Source: a virus
Reading direction: 5' to 3' (one strand)
DNA length: 64,000 bases
Virus record (IMG/VR): IMGVR_UViG_3300031248_000002
The notes under the pieces were generated by a model. It was given only the letters and a program-made list of their open reading frames with translations. It had not been told where the DNA came from and searched no databases. Position 1 is the first letter of the stretch; each line of letters opens with the position of its first letter. The position numbers and the translations under genes were made by a program. Below, piece by piece: positions 1 to 8,565 of the stretch.

Positions 1-35
1 GAACCGGAATCAAGCGACTGCCGGGGTTCTGGTAA
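1..35 (+). CDS. 3' end of an upstream CDS (partial, starts before window)
   Basis: The frame is open from the window edge to TAA at 33-35. The stop overlaps the next ATG as TAATG. Confidence 0.25.
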   Translation, partial: TGIKRLPGFW

Positions 36-256
36 TGGACGACGAGTGGTTCTGGGTGTACGAAAGCGGCGTGTTGTGGCTGGCATATGCGTATGCAGAC
101 GATCAGCGGGCGGGCGCAGCGACGATGACGTCTACTGGTCAGTGGCAGTTCTCCGGGCAGCGCGGGGTATTTGAAGCGAATTTGGCCGTTATGAAGCAGC
201 GCGAAAAGATGCCGGATGTCAGCATATTCCCGGCGACGCAGACGGCGGATAAGTAA
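35..256 (+). CDS. hypothetical protein (73 aa), virion operon
   Basis: ORF-track ORF. It is coupled to both neighbours (TAATG upstream, 2-nt gap downstream). No motif was recognised. Confidence 0.45.
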   Translation: MDDEWFWVYESGVLWLAYAYADDQRAGAATMTSTGQWQFSGQRGVFEANLAVMKQREKMPDVSIFPATQTADK

Positions 257-258
257 CG

Positions 259-1011
259 ATGAAGACGTATACTTTTTTGGATGCTTGGAATCTGGCGCGT
301 AAACAAGTAACGTCGTCAACGGAAGCGGATCATTCTGCTGCTATTTGCAATCTCGCGCTTAACGAAATTTGGAACTCGTGGGATTGGCGCGAGTCGCTAG
401 CAGACCTGCCGCCGTTTTATCTAATCCCATCCGAGCAGGATCACGGGGCTCCGGCGGTTACTATCCCTGCGAATTTTATGGGGTTACGTGAGGCGTTTTT
501 AGTTTGCGTAAACTCGGAACCCGCGTACCGGCAGGAGCTAGAAGTGATTAAGGACTTACGGCTAATACACGGCCGTCAGATCCCGCACGCGATATCGTAC
601 GAGCCATCTAAAAACGCGTTTCGCTTATTCCCGCGCGTCCCGGATTCGTTCACCGCTCCGAACTATATGGTAGACGGGATTTACAAGAAACGCCCGACGA
701 AGATTACGGCCGCGAATATTCAGAACACTACGTTGCCATTTGACGACGTTTTCCTTTCCGTTATGCTGGAGAGCATCAAATGGGCGGCGATGCGGATCGG
801 CGGGGACCCGCGCGCCGGAGACCTTCAAATCCGGCAGAACGGGCAGCGCGTGTACACCGGGCAGTATGGGATTATGAAAGAACGAATCGAAGAGATGGCG
901 CAGACCGAGGCGGTAGACCTGGGTAACCCGGTTATCGCGCCGCGTGAAGCGTATCCGCGCGTCCGAGGAGCAGGCGGGTACACCGGAGCTACCGGGGTAT
1001 ATTGGTATTAA
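259..1011 (+). CDS. hypothetical virion-module protein (250 aa), paralogue of the partial ORF at 63764
   Basis: Long ORF in the operon frame. By eye its N-terminal ~80 aa share a pattern with the 63764 ORF (IW..(.)W(R).(.)LA..P ... QD ... P.(N/D)F). Confidence 0.6.
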   Translation: MKTYTFLDAWNLARKQVTSSTEADHSAAICNLALNEIWNSWDWRESLADLPPFYLIPSEQDHGAPAVTIPANFMGLREAFLVCVNSEPAYRQELEVIKDLRLIHGRQIPHAISYEPSKNAFRLFPRVPDSFTAPNYMVDGIYKKRPTKITAANIQNTTLPFDDVFLSVMLESIKWAAMRIGGDPRAGDLQIRQNGQRVYTGQYGIMKERIEEMAQTEAVDLGNPVIAPREAYPRVRGAGGYTGATGVYWY

Positions 1012-1022
1012 CGAGGTGATAC

Positions 1023-1268
1023 ATGCCGCATGGCGTATACGAGAGACCGAGGTTAGTAGAAACGTTTGACGGCAAATACGTTGACCTGGATGCTGAATGC
1101 CGCGAAGAACAAGCCGAGTGTGAGGCGAAACAGCGGAAGCACGGGTTGTGGGCGGGGGCCGAAGAAATCGAGTCGTATTATTACGACACTGTGAACCTGA
1201 TTTTTCCCGGCGACGACCCGGAAGATGGATACGAGAACGAGAATCCGCGCAAAGGACATCGGTATTAA
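1023..1268 (+). CDS. hypothetical acidic protein (81 aa)
   Basis: ORF with a GAGGTGA SD-like sequence upstream. No motif was recognised. Confidence 0.45.
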   Translation: MPHGVYERPRLVETFDGKYVDLDAECREEQAECEAKQRKHGLWAGAEEIESYYYDTVNLIFPGDDPEDGYENENPRKGHRY

Positions 1269-1407
1269 CCTGTGCCCGCGCGTGTGCTGAAAGCGTTCCG
1301 ACCGCCGAATAAACGGAGACCTGATATGCCGAAGAAAAACGATCTTCCGCTGCATAGCGAAGGTTTGAACGAGGGTAAGAAAACCCCGGTGAAGAAGGAG
1401 AAGTAAC

Positions 1408-1584
1408 GTGCCACTTAATAAGTATTTTCATGGACACGGTGACGAAGTAATGTCGCAGATGCAGAAGCAGTACGGGGAAAAGAAAGGTAAGTCTGTATTC
1501 TACGCGACCGCTAACAAAACTCACCAAACAGCAAAAGAAGACGCGGGCAGCAAAGAACTCGCGCGGCCCCGGAAAAAGAAGTAA
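1408..1584 (+). CDS. small basic protein (58 aa, GTG start)
   Basis: It is below the ORF-track cutoff. GTG at 1408 is preceded by GAAGGAGAAG, and the stop is TAA at 1582-1584. A 26-codon ORF (1326-1406) precedes it. Confidence 0.4.
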   Translation: MPLNKYFHGHGDEVMSQMQKQYGEKKGKSVFYATANKTHQTAKEDAGSKELARPRKKK

Positions 1585-1645
1585 CGCTTTGCACACGTGA
1601 CATCCGGCCCATCGGATGCGCGATAATACTTGTAGGGAGATAAAC

Positions 1646-2083
1646 GTGAATAACTTGAAAAACAAACTGCTTTGTGGCTTTGCGTCCGCCGTGATCGCAT
1701 TGACGCTTTTTGCCTTTCCCGCATTGTCGGCGGTCGGCCCGATTACTCCGGAAGACGTAGAGTACTTGCTGACTAAGAATGCTAAGGTTCTGCCGGATCA
1801 GGATGCCGGGATTGTTGCGGAACTGGGCAAAGCGCTGGGTAAGTTCGAGACCTGGGGCGTTAACGTTGACAAGGTTAAGATTCCCGACTTTGAAATCGTG
1901 TTTGCGGTTACAAAGGCGAATTTCGCCGGTCCGGTTGGCGTCCACGCCCGCGTGTACCTTGTTGCGAAGCATAAGGGTACGGGGAATCTGCAAGCGTTCG
2001 ACGTGGAGTACATTCAGCGCTTCGGGACGTATTCTACAGCGGTGGATTTGATTAATTTAGCAAAGCCGAAAGCCTCGGAGTAA
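1646..2083 (+). CDS. secreted/exported protein (145 aa from GTG 1646)
   Basis: GGGAGA SD lies before GTG 1646. The N-terminus VNNLKNKLLCGFASAVIALTLFAFPALSAVGP looks like a signal peptide. The ORF-track version starts at 1616. Confidence 0.55.
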   Translation: MNNLKNKLLCGFASAVIALTLFAFPALSAVGPITPEDVEYLLTKNAKVLPDQDAGIVAELGKALGKFETWGVNVDKVKIPDFEIVFAVTKANFAGPVGVHARVYLVAKHKGTGNLQAFDVEYIQRFGTYSTAVDLINLAKPKASE

Positions 2084-2086
2084 CGT

Positions 2087-2413
2087 ATGCCCGAAGAGAA
2101 ATCGGCGTTAGATAAACTATACGATATCTTGTTCTTCAAAAAGACGAACAAGACATTGCAGGATTCGGGTGGCGGAGTTGATAAAGCCGCGCCGTCGTAT
2201 TCTGCGGAAGACTGGAAAGCCGCGAAGAAACGGACTGACGAGTACATGGCGGAAAAGAAACGAGCCGAGGACGCAAAGAAAGCCGCTGCGCCCGCTGTGC
2301 CGGTTGCTCCGCCGCGCGCTCCGGCTTCCGGGTTGCAGGAGTTATCGACGCCACGGCCCAAAAAGAAAGCGGTGACTATCGGCAGGATTGTGCAGCAGAA
2401 AGACGAAGATTAA
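2087..2413 (+). CDS. hypothetical Lys/Ala-rich protein (108 aa)
   Basis: ORF in the operon, starting 3 nt after the previous stop. Confidence 0.5.
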   Translation: MPEEKSALDKLYDILFFKKTNKTLQDSGGGVDKAAPSYSAEDWKAAKKRTDEYMAEKKRAEDAKKAAAPAVPVAPPRAPASGLQELSTPRPKKKAVTIGRIVQQKDED

Positions 2414-2425
2414 AAGCGGGTATAC

Positions 2426-3853
2426 ATGCCAGATGCTAATGGATTTTGGACAGCCGGAGAACAGCAAGCGTATCGGAACGCCGGAGATCAAGGGGACGCT
2501 CCGGGTACTACGGACGAACAGCGACAGCAACAGCGCGCACAGACGTACGGCGATCTGACGTATACAGACCCGACTGGACGCGCCGTTCGTGGCTGGGAAG
2601 GTAGTTGGCAAGCAGACCCGCTGGCCGGAGCCGCCGGTGGTGCATTGTGGATGCCCGGAGAAGCCGGACGAGACTGGGGCGCGGGTTCTGCATCGCGCGC
2701 AAATCCGGCCGGGATGTCCACGTTTCTTCGTGATATCGCGCCGGATACATTCGGAACCGGGACTAATATTCTGAACACGATGCAAGGGCGTGGCTTGTAC
2801 GGCGCGCCGGGAGCCGATGGATCGCAGTATTTAGGCGGACCGGTTAGGGCTCTCCCAACGCTGCAAGGTGCGGACCCGTTAAGTCAAACTCGTTACATAA
2901 CGGACTTGCTGTCCCGTTTCAGTCAGCCTAAAGACATGAGCCAGTCGCCGAATACAACGATGAACTTACCGGCTCGGTCGCGTCAGGCAGCGGCGAATCC
3001 GGGCGGTCAGATTACGGCTATTAACCCCGGCGGACAGCAAGTCACTCCGTCCGCTAATACACAAGGAAATCCGTTCCAGGCGTTTATGAACTGGTTCAGC
3101 GGTGGGCAAAAATGGGAACCGGGTGCGGCGATGATGGATTTCACCGGGCGCGCGCCGTTCAATCCGACGACCGGACAGAATCTTGGCGGGCCAACCGATC
3201 TCGGCGCGTTCTATGGTGCGCAAGGGGTACAACCGCCGGTAGTCGGACGACACGGGCAGACGTTTTTGCCGGGTTACCAAAACCTCGGAACGTCCTATAA
3301 CACAAACCTAATGCAGAACAACCCCGGTTTGTTCATGGCCGAGTTGCAACAGCAGCAAATGCAGAACCCGCGCCAAACTGTCTCCGGAACGCCGTCCCCA
3401 TGGCTTCCGCCGCAGTTAACGGGCGGGCAACCGGCCCAGAACCCAGCTATGGCCGCGTACGCCCAGCAAGGGCTACATCAAGGGCCGGGGGCGTTCGGTC
3501 CTGGGGGTCTTGGACCTAACCCCGCTGGTCCGACCCTGGGTCCGGCTCAGCTAGGGCCTGGGCAGGGTCCAGGGGGTCCGATCGGCCCGCAGACCGGCCA
3601 GCCGGTTAACCCCCAGGTCGCTCAGTTGCTAGCTAGTCTGTTCGGGGGCGGAGGCGAGAATCTTATGAACCCGTTGGCCGGGGGCGGTGGGAACCTCGCG
3701 GGCGTGGCACAGTTGCTAGCCTTTATCCAGTCGTTACGCGGACAGTTCGGCGGCGTCGGTGGGTTCCAGCAGCGTCCGCCCGCGTTCGGCGGCAACGGAA
3801 TTTTCCGGGGCGGCAGTAGTTATCTATATCCTTCTGGGTACGGCCCCCGCTAA
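2426..3853 (+). CDS. low-complexity Gly/Pro/Gln/Asn-rich virion protein (475 aa)
   Basis: Long ORF. Composition is extremely biased (e.g. GPGGLGPNPAGPTLGPAQLGPGQGPGGPIGPQTGQP), and the C-terminus is G-rich. Confidence 0.6.
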   Translation: MPDANGFWTAGEQQAYRNAGDQGDAPGTTDEQRQQQRAQTYGDLTYTDPTGRAVRGWEGSWQADPLAGAAGGALWMPGEAGRDWGAGSASRANPAGMSTFLRDIAPDTFGTGTNILNTMQGRGLYGAPGADGSQYLGGPVRALPTLQGADPLSQTRYITDLLSRFSQPKDMSQSPNTTMNLPARSRQAAANPGGQITAINPGGQQVTPSANTQGNPFQAFMNWFSGGQKWEPGAAMMDFTGRAPFNPTTGQNLGGPTDLGAFYGAQGVQPPVVGRHGQTFLPGYQNLGTSYNTNLMQNNPGLFMAELQQQQMQNPRQTVSGTPSPWLPPQLTGGQPAQNPAMAAYAQQGLHQGPGAFGPGGLGPNPAGPTLGPAQLGPGQGPGGPIGPQTGQPVNPQVAQLLASLFGGGGENLMNPLAGGGGNLAGVAQLLAFIQSLRGQFGGVGGFQQRPPAFGGNGIFRGGSSYLYPSGYGPR

Positions 3854-3875
3854 TCTTAACGAAAGGAGCGGATAA

Positions 3876-6206
3876 GTGGCGTTCGTTACGCAACTCGATG
3901 CTCTAGAATTTACGTCTTTAGAGTTTCCGTACGACCGGATAACTAATGAGCTAGAAGATTCGCCGCCGCGTTTAGTAGCCGGGGAAAACGTGTACGTGAT
4001 GCTTGGCGGGAAATTGGCTAAGCGTCCGGGGACGTTGGAAATCGGCGATCTGAACGATACCGCTAACACGTCGCGGGTTGTACGAGTGTGGACAATCGAA
4101 ACGCTCGGTAACCCGCCGCATATTTTTCAGTTAGCGTCTGTGTACAACGCAGCGACGGCAAAATACCGAATGGAATGGATACAACTGGACGCCGCGTCGC
4201 CAGCCTGGACGTCGTTAGGGTCTTTGCGAGACATTGATGCCAGCGTATACCCGCATGAAGTCCGTATATCGCGCGGGTTAGCATATATCAAAGCGTTCCC
4301 GAATGCAGCGGGCGATAAATTAGGCAGTGTTGTGTTTGACGGCAGCACCGGGACACCGGTAGTCCGACCGTGGGGATTGTTACCGCCGACGGTCCCGGCT
4401 GCGGCGGTTGGTGCGATAACACGGTTATCGGCAGCGGTAGACGATGTCACTGGGACGTTGCCGGTTGTGTCTGACACCGGATTTCCGGCGGTCTCGTTTA
4501 TCGTTCAAGTTGAATTTGAGCAGATGTTGGTAACAGCCGGTCTGCCGGGGGTTTCGTGGACGGTGACTCGCGCGTATAACGGTACGACAGCGGCAGCGCA
4601 CGACAAAGACGTCCCGGTGTTCTGGCGTAACTGGTCGGCGTCCGATCACCAAGTAGACGTCGCGTTGTTCTGGCGGTATTCGTATTGCAAAAAGTCGGTC
4701 ACCGGGCAGTACTCGTCGCGCGCGCCGTTACAAACTAATCCGGACAAACTTCCGTCTCAAACCGGGCCGTTTTTCGATTTGATCCCGAAGTTCACGATAA
4801 CCGGGGACGCGGATACTACAAACGTTCCGTCTTTGGTCGTTATGCGCAGTGAAGACGGCGGCGGGGTGTTCTATGAACTTCGGACATACACAAACACCGG
4901 AGCCGGAGCGATTACGATAGAAGATAAATATTTGGAGTCCGGAACCGGAGGCGGGACGTTTAACGATCCGACTCCGGACGAAGCGTTGAACCGGGGGCTA
5001 CGGGCTCCAACTGAAACCGGGAACAACCCGCCGCCGACGGTTATCGCTCCGGAAGTAGTCGGGACGAACACGGTTCAACGCAGCACGCCGATTGCCGCGT
5101 ATTCAGGACGTTTGTGGTTCGCGATCGGTAACATCTTGTTTTTCTCCGGGCAGGAAGAGATTCTGCTTGGGATTCCAGAGGAAAGCTGGGATTATTCAGC
5201 AACCGGCCGGTTCTTTCGGTTCCCGACGCAGATAACGAATATCGAGGCGACTAATGACGCGCTGTACGTGTTCACGATTTCCGGTGCGACGTACCAAGTA
5301 ACCGGGACGAACCCGGCGACGTTTAACTACCGGCCGTTGTTTGATAACGTCGGCGCGCCGTACGGACAGCCCGCCGCAATTACGCGGTTCGGCAGCACGA
5401 TAGCAATGCTGACACACGATTTGCGCGTGGTGCTTATCGAGAACGATCAGTACGTGACGATCTCCGACCCGTTGTTCACCGATCTAGTCGATGCGGCGAA
5501 TGAAGGAAGCCGATTTGAAATCGCGTACTTCGGCGATCTCGAAAAAGAATGGCTGGTAGTCGCGGCGCATAACGACACAGACACAACGCTTAGTAAACAA
5601 TGGCTGTACGATATTAAGCTATCGGAGAAGAACAAACGGCACTTCTGGTCGCCGCCGTGGAAAATCCGTGCAACCGCGATGTTCTCGTACCGGATTACGG
5701 AAGGCTCGTCGCAACGACGGTTGTGTTTCTTTGTCTGGGACCCCGCTGCGGCTAAAGGCCGGTTAGTACGAATCGACCCGACCGGGCGGACCGGTTCTGA
5801 CTCGGACCCGGCGACCGGCGACGCAACCGGGTTCTTTGTGGACGCCCGGACGAATTTGTTCCGCGTCCCAGCCGGGAACCACGTGAACGAACTGCGCGTG
5901 CCGCCGACGGTCACCGTCGCGTACAACATTACTATGGACCGGATGCAGTTTACCGGCGTAGCTAATTTGCCGGATCGAGATCCGTTGGTTTATTATTACT
6001 GGGATGATTTCGGGAATGATCCGATACAGGTGAAACCCGCGGAAGATCCGGCTCGGCGCGTGAAGTCGGTTGGATACCGGACGCTAACCTACCCGATCTG
6101 GACCAGCGGACAACGTATATCGGTGCAGATTCGCAAACTCGCGAGTAAAGACCTGATGCAGATTTGCAATTTGGCGGTCACGTTCGCGCCGAACTCCGGG
6201 ACGTAA
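3876..6206 (+). CDS. large tail structural protein (776 aa; nozzle/tubular-B-like by size and position)
   Basis: GTG start after an AAAGGAG SD. The segment VTGTLPVVSDTGFPAVSFIVQVEFEQMLVTAG...VTRAYNGTTAAAHDKDVPV resembles the N-terminal domain of the tail fibre at 52067. The exact role is inferred only. Confidence 0.5.
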   Translation: MAFVTQLDALEFTSLEFPYDRITNELEDSPPRLVAGENVYVMLGGKLAKRPGTLEIGDLNDTANTSRVVRVWTIETLGNPPHIFQLASVYNAATAKYRMEWIQLDAASPAWTSLGSLRDIDASVYPHEVRISRGLAYIKAFPNAAGDKLGSVVFDGSTGTPVVRPWGLLPPTVPAAAVGAITRLSAAVDDVTGTLPVVSDTGFPAVSFIVQVEFEQMLVTAGLPGVSWTVTRAYNGTTAAAHDKDVPVFWRNWSASDHQVDVALFWRYSYCKKSVTGQYSSRAPLQTNPDKLPSQTGPFFDLIPKFTITGDADTTNVPSLVVMRSEDGGGVFYELRTYTNTGAGAITIEDKYLESGTGGGTFNDPTPDEALNRGLRAPTETGNNPPPTVIAPEVVGTNTVQRSTPIAAYSGRLWFAIGNILFFSGQEEILLGIPEESWDYSATGRFFRFPTQITNIEATNDALYVFTISGATYQVTGTNPATFNYRPLFDNVGAPYGQPAAITRFGSTIAMLTHDLRVVLIENDQYVTISDPLFTDLVDAANEGSRFEIAYFGDLEKEWLVVAAHNDTDTTLSKQWLYDIKLSEKNKRHFWSPPWKIRATAMFSYRITEGSSQRRLCFFVWDPAAAKGRLVRIDPTGRTGSDSDPATGDATGFFVDARTNLFRVPAGNHVNELRVPPTVTVAYNITMDRMQFTGVANLPDRDPLVYYYWDDFGNDPIQVKPAEDPARRVKSVGYRTLTYPIWTSGQRISVQIRKLASKDLMQICNLAVTFAPNSGT

Positions 6207-6208
6207 CC

Positions 6209-6484
6209 ATGCGGAAAATAATTCTACTTCTTGGGTTACTGATTCCGGCAGCCCCGCTGCGTGCTCCGGACGACGTGTTTACCAGTAAAGTCCTGCGTTT
6301 TGAGATAACCTGGGACAAATTTATACGACGGATGTTCGGGTGTCCGGAGGGTCGAGTGCTGACGGACCCGGCGTCCGAGTGTCATCCGGCGACCGGCCGA
6401 ATAGATTACAGCGTGTTCCGGCAAACATGTTTGCGCGCCGCCGATTTATATAACTTTCCTATGGACGTGTGCCGTGCAGAGTAG
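6209..6484 (+). CDS. small secreted Cys-containing protein (91 aa)
   Basis: ATG at 6209 follows the previous stop. MRKIILLLGLLIPAAPLRAP looks like a signal peptide. Confidence 0.5.
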   Translation: MRKIILLLGLLIPAAPLRAPDDVFTSKVLRFEITWDKFIRRMFGCPEGRVLTDPASECHPATGRIDYSVFRQTCLRAADLYNFPMDVCRAE

Positions 6485-7736
6485 TTACAAAGAGACCGCC
6501 GAGCAAAGAGCGCGGATAAGCCGTATCAATTCGGACAGCGTCTTTGTAACAGAAACTTCGGTCAATCAACTTGGTACGGCGGAAGGCGCGTTGCTGCCAC
6601 CGCCGCAGAAAGGCCAGTTCCGTGTTCCATTTGTGTACGGACTTCGCGTCGCGAAACGCCGGTCGTATCTTGGCGGCACTGAGTTCACGCTGACATGGTT
6701 GGAACCAGAAGGGTTAACTAACGTCTCGCATTATAACGTGTATGTAACCGGGCTACTGGATAACAACAAAACTCCGCAAGGTCCGAGCACGGTTCAGCGT
6801 TCCCCGGCTGTGATTCGATTAGTAAACGGCGACATATCGCGGATTTCGTTTATCGTCCAGACGCAGTTAAAAAACGGGATGGTTAGCGATTTGCTGGAAT
6901 CGCCAACGGTTTCTTCCGAGACCTTGGTGCAAGGATTTGTACCCAGTGATCTAAACGGCGTTGGCACGACAGGTCAATTGCTGACGTGGACCGGAGCCAC
7001 CGCGACACTAATCGGACCGGGCGCAACAAACGAAATTCTAACCGGTGACGGTGTCGCGATACCGGTGTTCCGCAGCCGCGCAACTTTGGATCTCGTGGAG
7101 GGCCGAAGCGCGCTGACAACCGCGAACCGCATTGTGCTTGTTGGATCAGCTGGGGTTGTTACTCAGTTAGGGAGTCTGGGAACAACGACGACGGTTCTGC
7201 ACGGGAACGCTGCCGGATCGCCGTCGTTCGGCGCGGTTTCGCTTACCACCGATATCACCGGGACGTTACCGATCGGGAACGGCGGGACGAATAAGACGTC
7301 ATGGACCGCCGGAAGCGTAGTATTCGCTGGGGCCGGAGGCACCGCTTTAGCAGAAGACAACGCGAATCTTTTCTATGATGATACAAATAACCGGTTGGGA
7401 GTCGCAACAACCGCCCCAAAATCCACCTTAGAAAGCGGCGGTACCTTCGGGCTCAAAGTCAAAAGCATTGTTGCTGGGGATTCTCCGTACACTGCCGCTG
7501 CCGAAACCGTTATCCTCGCAGACGCTACTGGCGGAAATATAATCGTTAATCTTCCAGTGTTAAGTGGAGTCTCCGGCCGAATTTATCACATAAAGAAAAC
7601 CGATTCGTCTGTGAACACAGTAACGTTAGATGGAGATAGTAGCGAGACTATTGATGGAGCTACGACTCAGATTTTAACCACTCAGTATCAAAGTCTCATG
7701 ATTTTCTCCGGACCGTCTGAATGGAGTATTTTGTAG
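6474..7736 (+). CDS. tail fibre protein (420 aa)
   Basis: It contains the motif TTVLHGNAAGSPSFGAVSLTTDITGTLPIGNGGT...LFYDDTNNRLGV, which I recognise as typical of phage tail-fibre repeats. The GTG start is uncertain. Confidence 0.6.
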   Translation: MQSSYKETAEQRARISRINSDSVFVTETSVNQLGTAEGALLPPPQKGQFRVPFVYGLRVAKRRSYLGGTEFTLTWLEPEGLTNVSHYNVYVTGLLDNNKTPQGPSTVQRSPAVIRLVNGDISRISFIVQTQLKNGMVSDLLESPTVSSETLVQGFVPSDLNGVGTTGQLLTWTGATATLIGPGATNEILTGDGVAIPVFRSRATLDLVEGRSALTTANRIVLVGSAGVVTQLGSLGTTTTVLHGNAAGSPSFGAVSLTTDITGTLPIGNGGTNKTSWTAGSVVFAGAGGTALAEDNANLFYDDTNNRLGVATTAPKSTLESGGTFGLKVKSIVAGDSPYTAAAETVILADATGGNIIVNLPVLSGVSGRIYHIKKTDSSVNTVTLDGDSSETIDGATTQILTTQYQSLMIFSGPSEWSIL

Positions 7737-8146
7737 TGAGTTATACCGACTTTACTAGAAGCTACGTACCGCAAGCGCTATCGACTTCGGTAGTATCGTT
7801 AACGGCTACTGGAATTACTAATATAGTAAATGAAACCGAAGCAGGTGTTTTAAATGAAATTGGGATCGCGATAAACACCGTTGTACTAGCGTCTGCTACA
7901 GCTAATCTGGAAATCCAGATAGACGGTGGGTCTACAATATCGTCTCCGATCTTTGCAGGAGCGGCTACGTTATCAGCGGCTTGGAAAGCGGTACCAGGTT
8001 CCGGTACATCCGCTGTTGGCGATTTCCGGGTTATATCCTTTCATGTTCCATATCTTACGTCCGTACGCGTCGGGATTAACGTAACCGGAGCAGCGGGAGT
8101 AACCGGGGAACTCCAAGTTACAGTTACCAGATCTAAACGGATTTGA
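7721..8146 (+). CDS. hypothetical protein downstream of tail fibre (141 aa)
   Basis: ORF overlapping the fibre stop. An alternative GTG at 7736 gives a TAGTG overlap. Confidence 0.5.
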   Translation: MEYFVVSYTDFTRSYVPQALSTSVVSLTATGITNIVNETEAGVLNEIGIAINTVVLASATANLEIQIDGGSTISSPIFAGAATLSAAWKAVPGSGTSAVGDFRVISFHVPYLTSVRVGINVTGAAGVTGELQVTVTRSKRI

Positions 8147-8210
8147 CAGGGTGCAAAGTATTTATTCTAAACCCGGCGCGATGCGGTAAAATAAAGAAGA
8201 AGAAGAGATT

Positions 8211-8564
8211 ATGACGATACGCCCCGCTACATCTGAAGACTACGAGAGAATCAGGGACCTTGGTGTGTTCCCATCCGGGATGTTTCCGGAAACCGGCTTA
8301 CCGGTTATCGCTGAGAACGATAACAAAGAGATCGTTGGTTTTCTATTTGGACAAGCTGTTGTACACACTGAACCCGTGTGGGTTCGAGAAGATACTCGTG
8401 GACAACGTGTACCTGAAAAGCTATTTGAGGTTCTTGCAAAGGAATTGAAGACGCTTGGAGCTAGAACTGTATACGCCTTTTCGTCTAGTGCGATCGTGGA
8501 TAAAATAGCGCGGAATTGTGGCTTCATAGAGAAACCCTGGAAGCTGTTTGAGAGGACGTTGTAA
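8211..8564 (+). CDS. GNAT-family N-acetyltransferase (117 aa)
   Basis: It has a GNAT motif-A-like segment, VREDTRGQRVPEKLFEVLAKELKTLG, and a typical small size. Confidence 0.6.
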   Translation: MTIRPATSEDYERIRDLGVFPSGMFPETGLPVIAENDNKEIVGFLFGQAVVHTEPVWVREDTRGQRVPEKLFEVLAKELKTLGARTVYAFSSSAIVDKIARNCGFIEKPWKLFERTL

Positions 8565-8565
8565 C

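Noticed and set aside
625-1665. 346-aa ORF on the - strand across the start of the late operon
   Set aside because: It is antisense to three well-formed + strand genes. Its composition is Arg/Ser/Pro-rich and junk-like, and it has no SD. I treat it as a shadow ORF.
3480-3620. Collagen-like triple-helix repeat in the G/P-rich protein
   Set aside because: Glycines are not in a strict G-X-Y register, so this is just low-complexity sequence.
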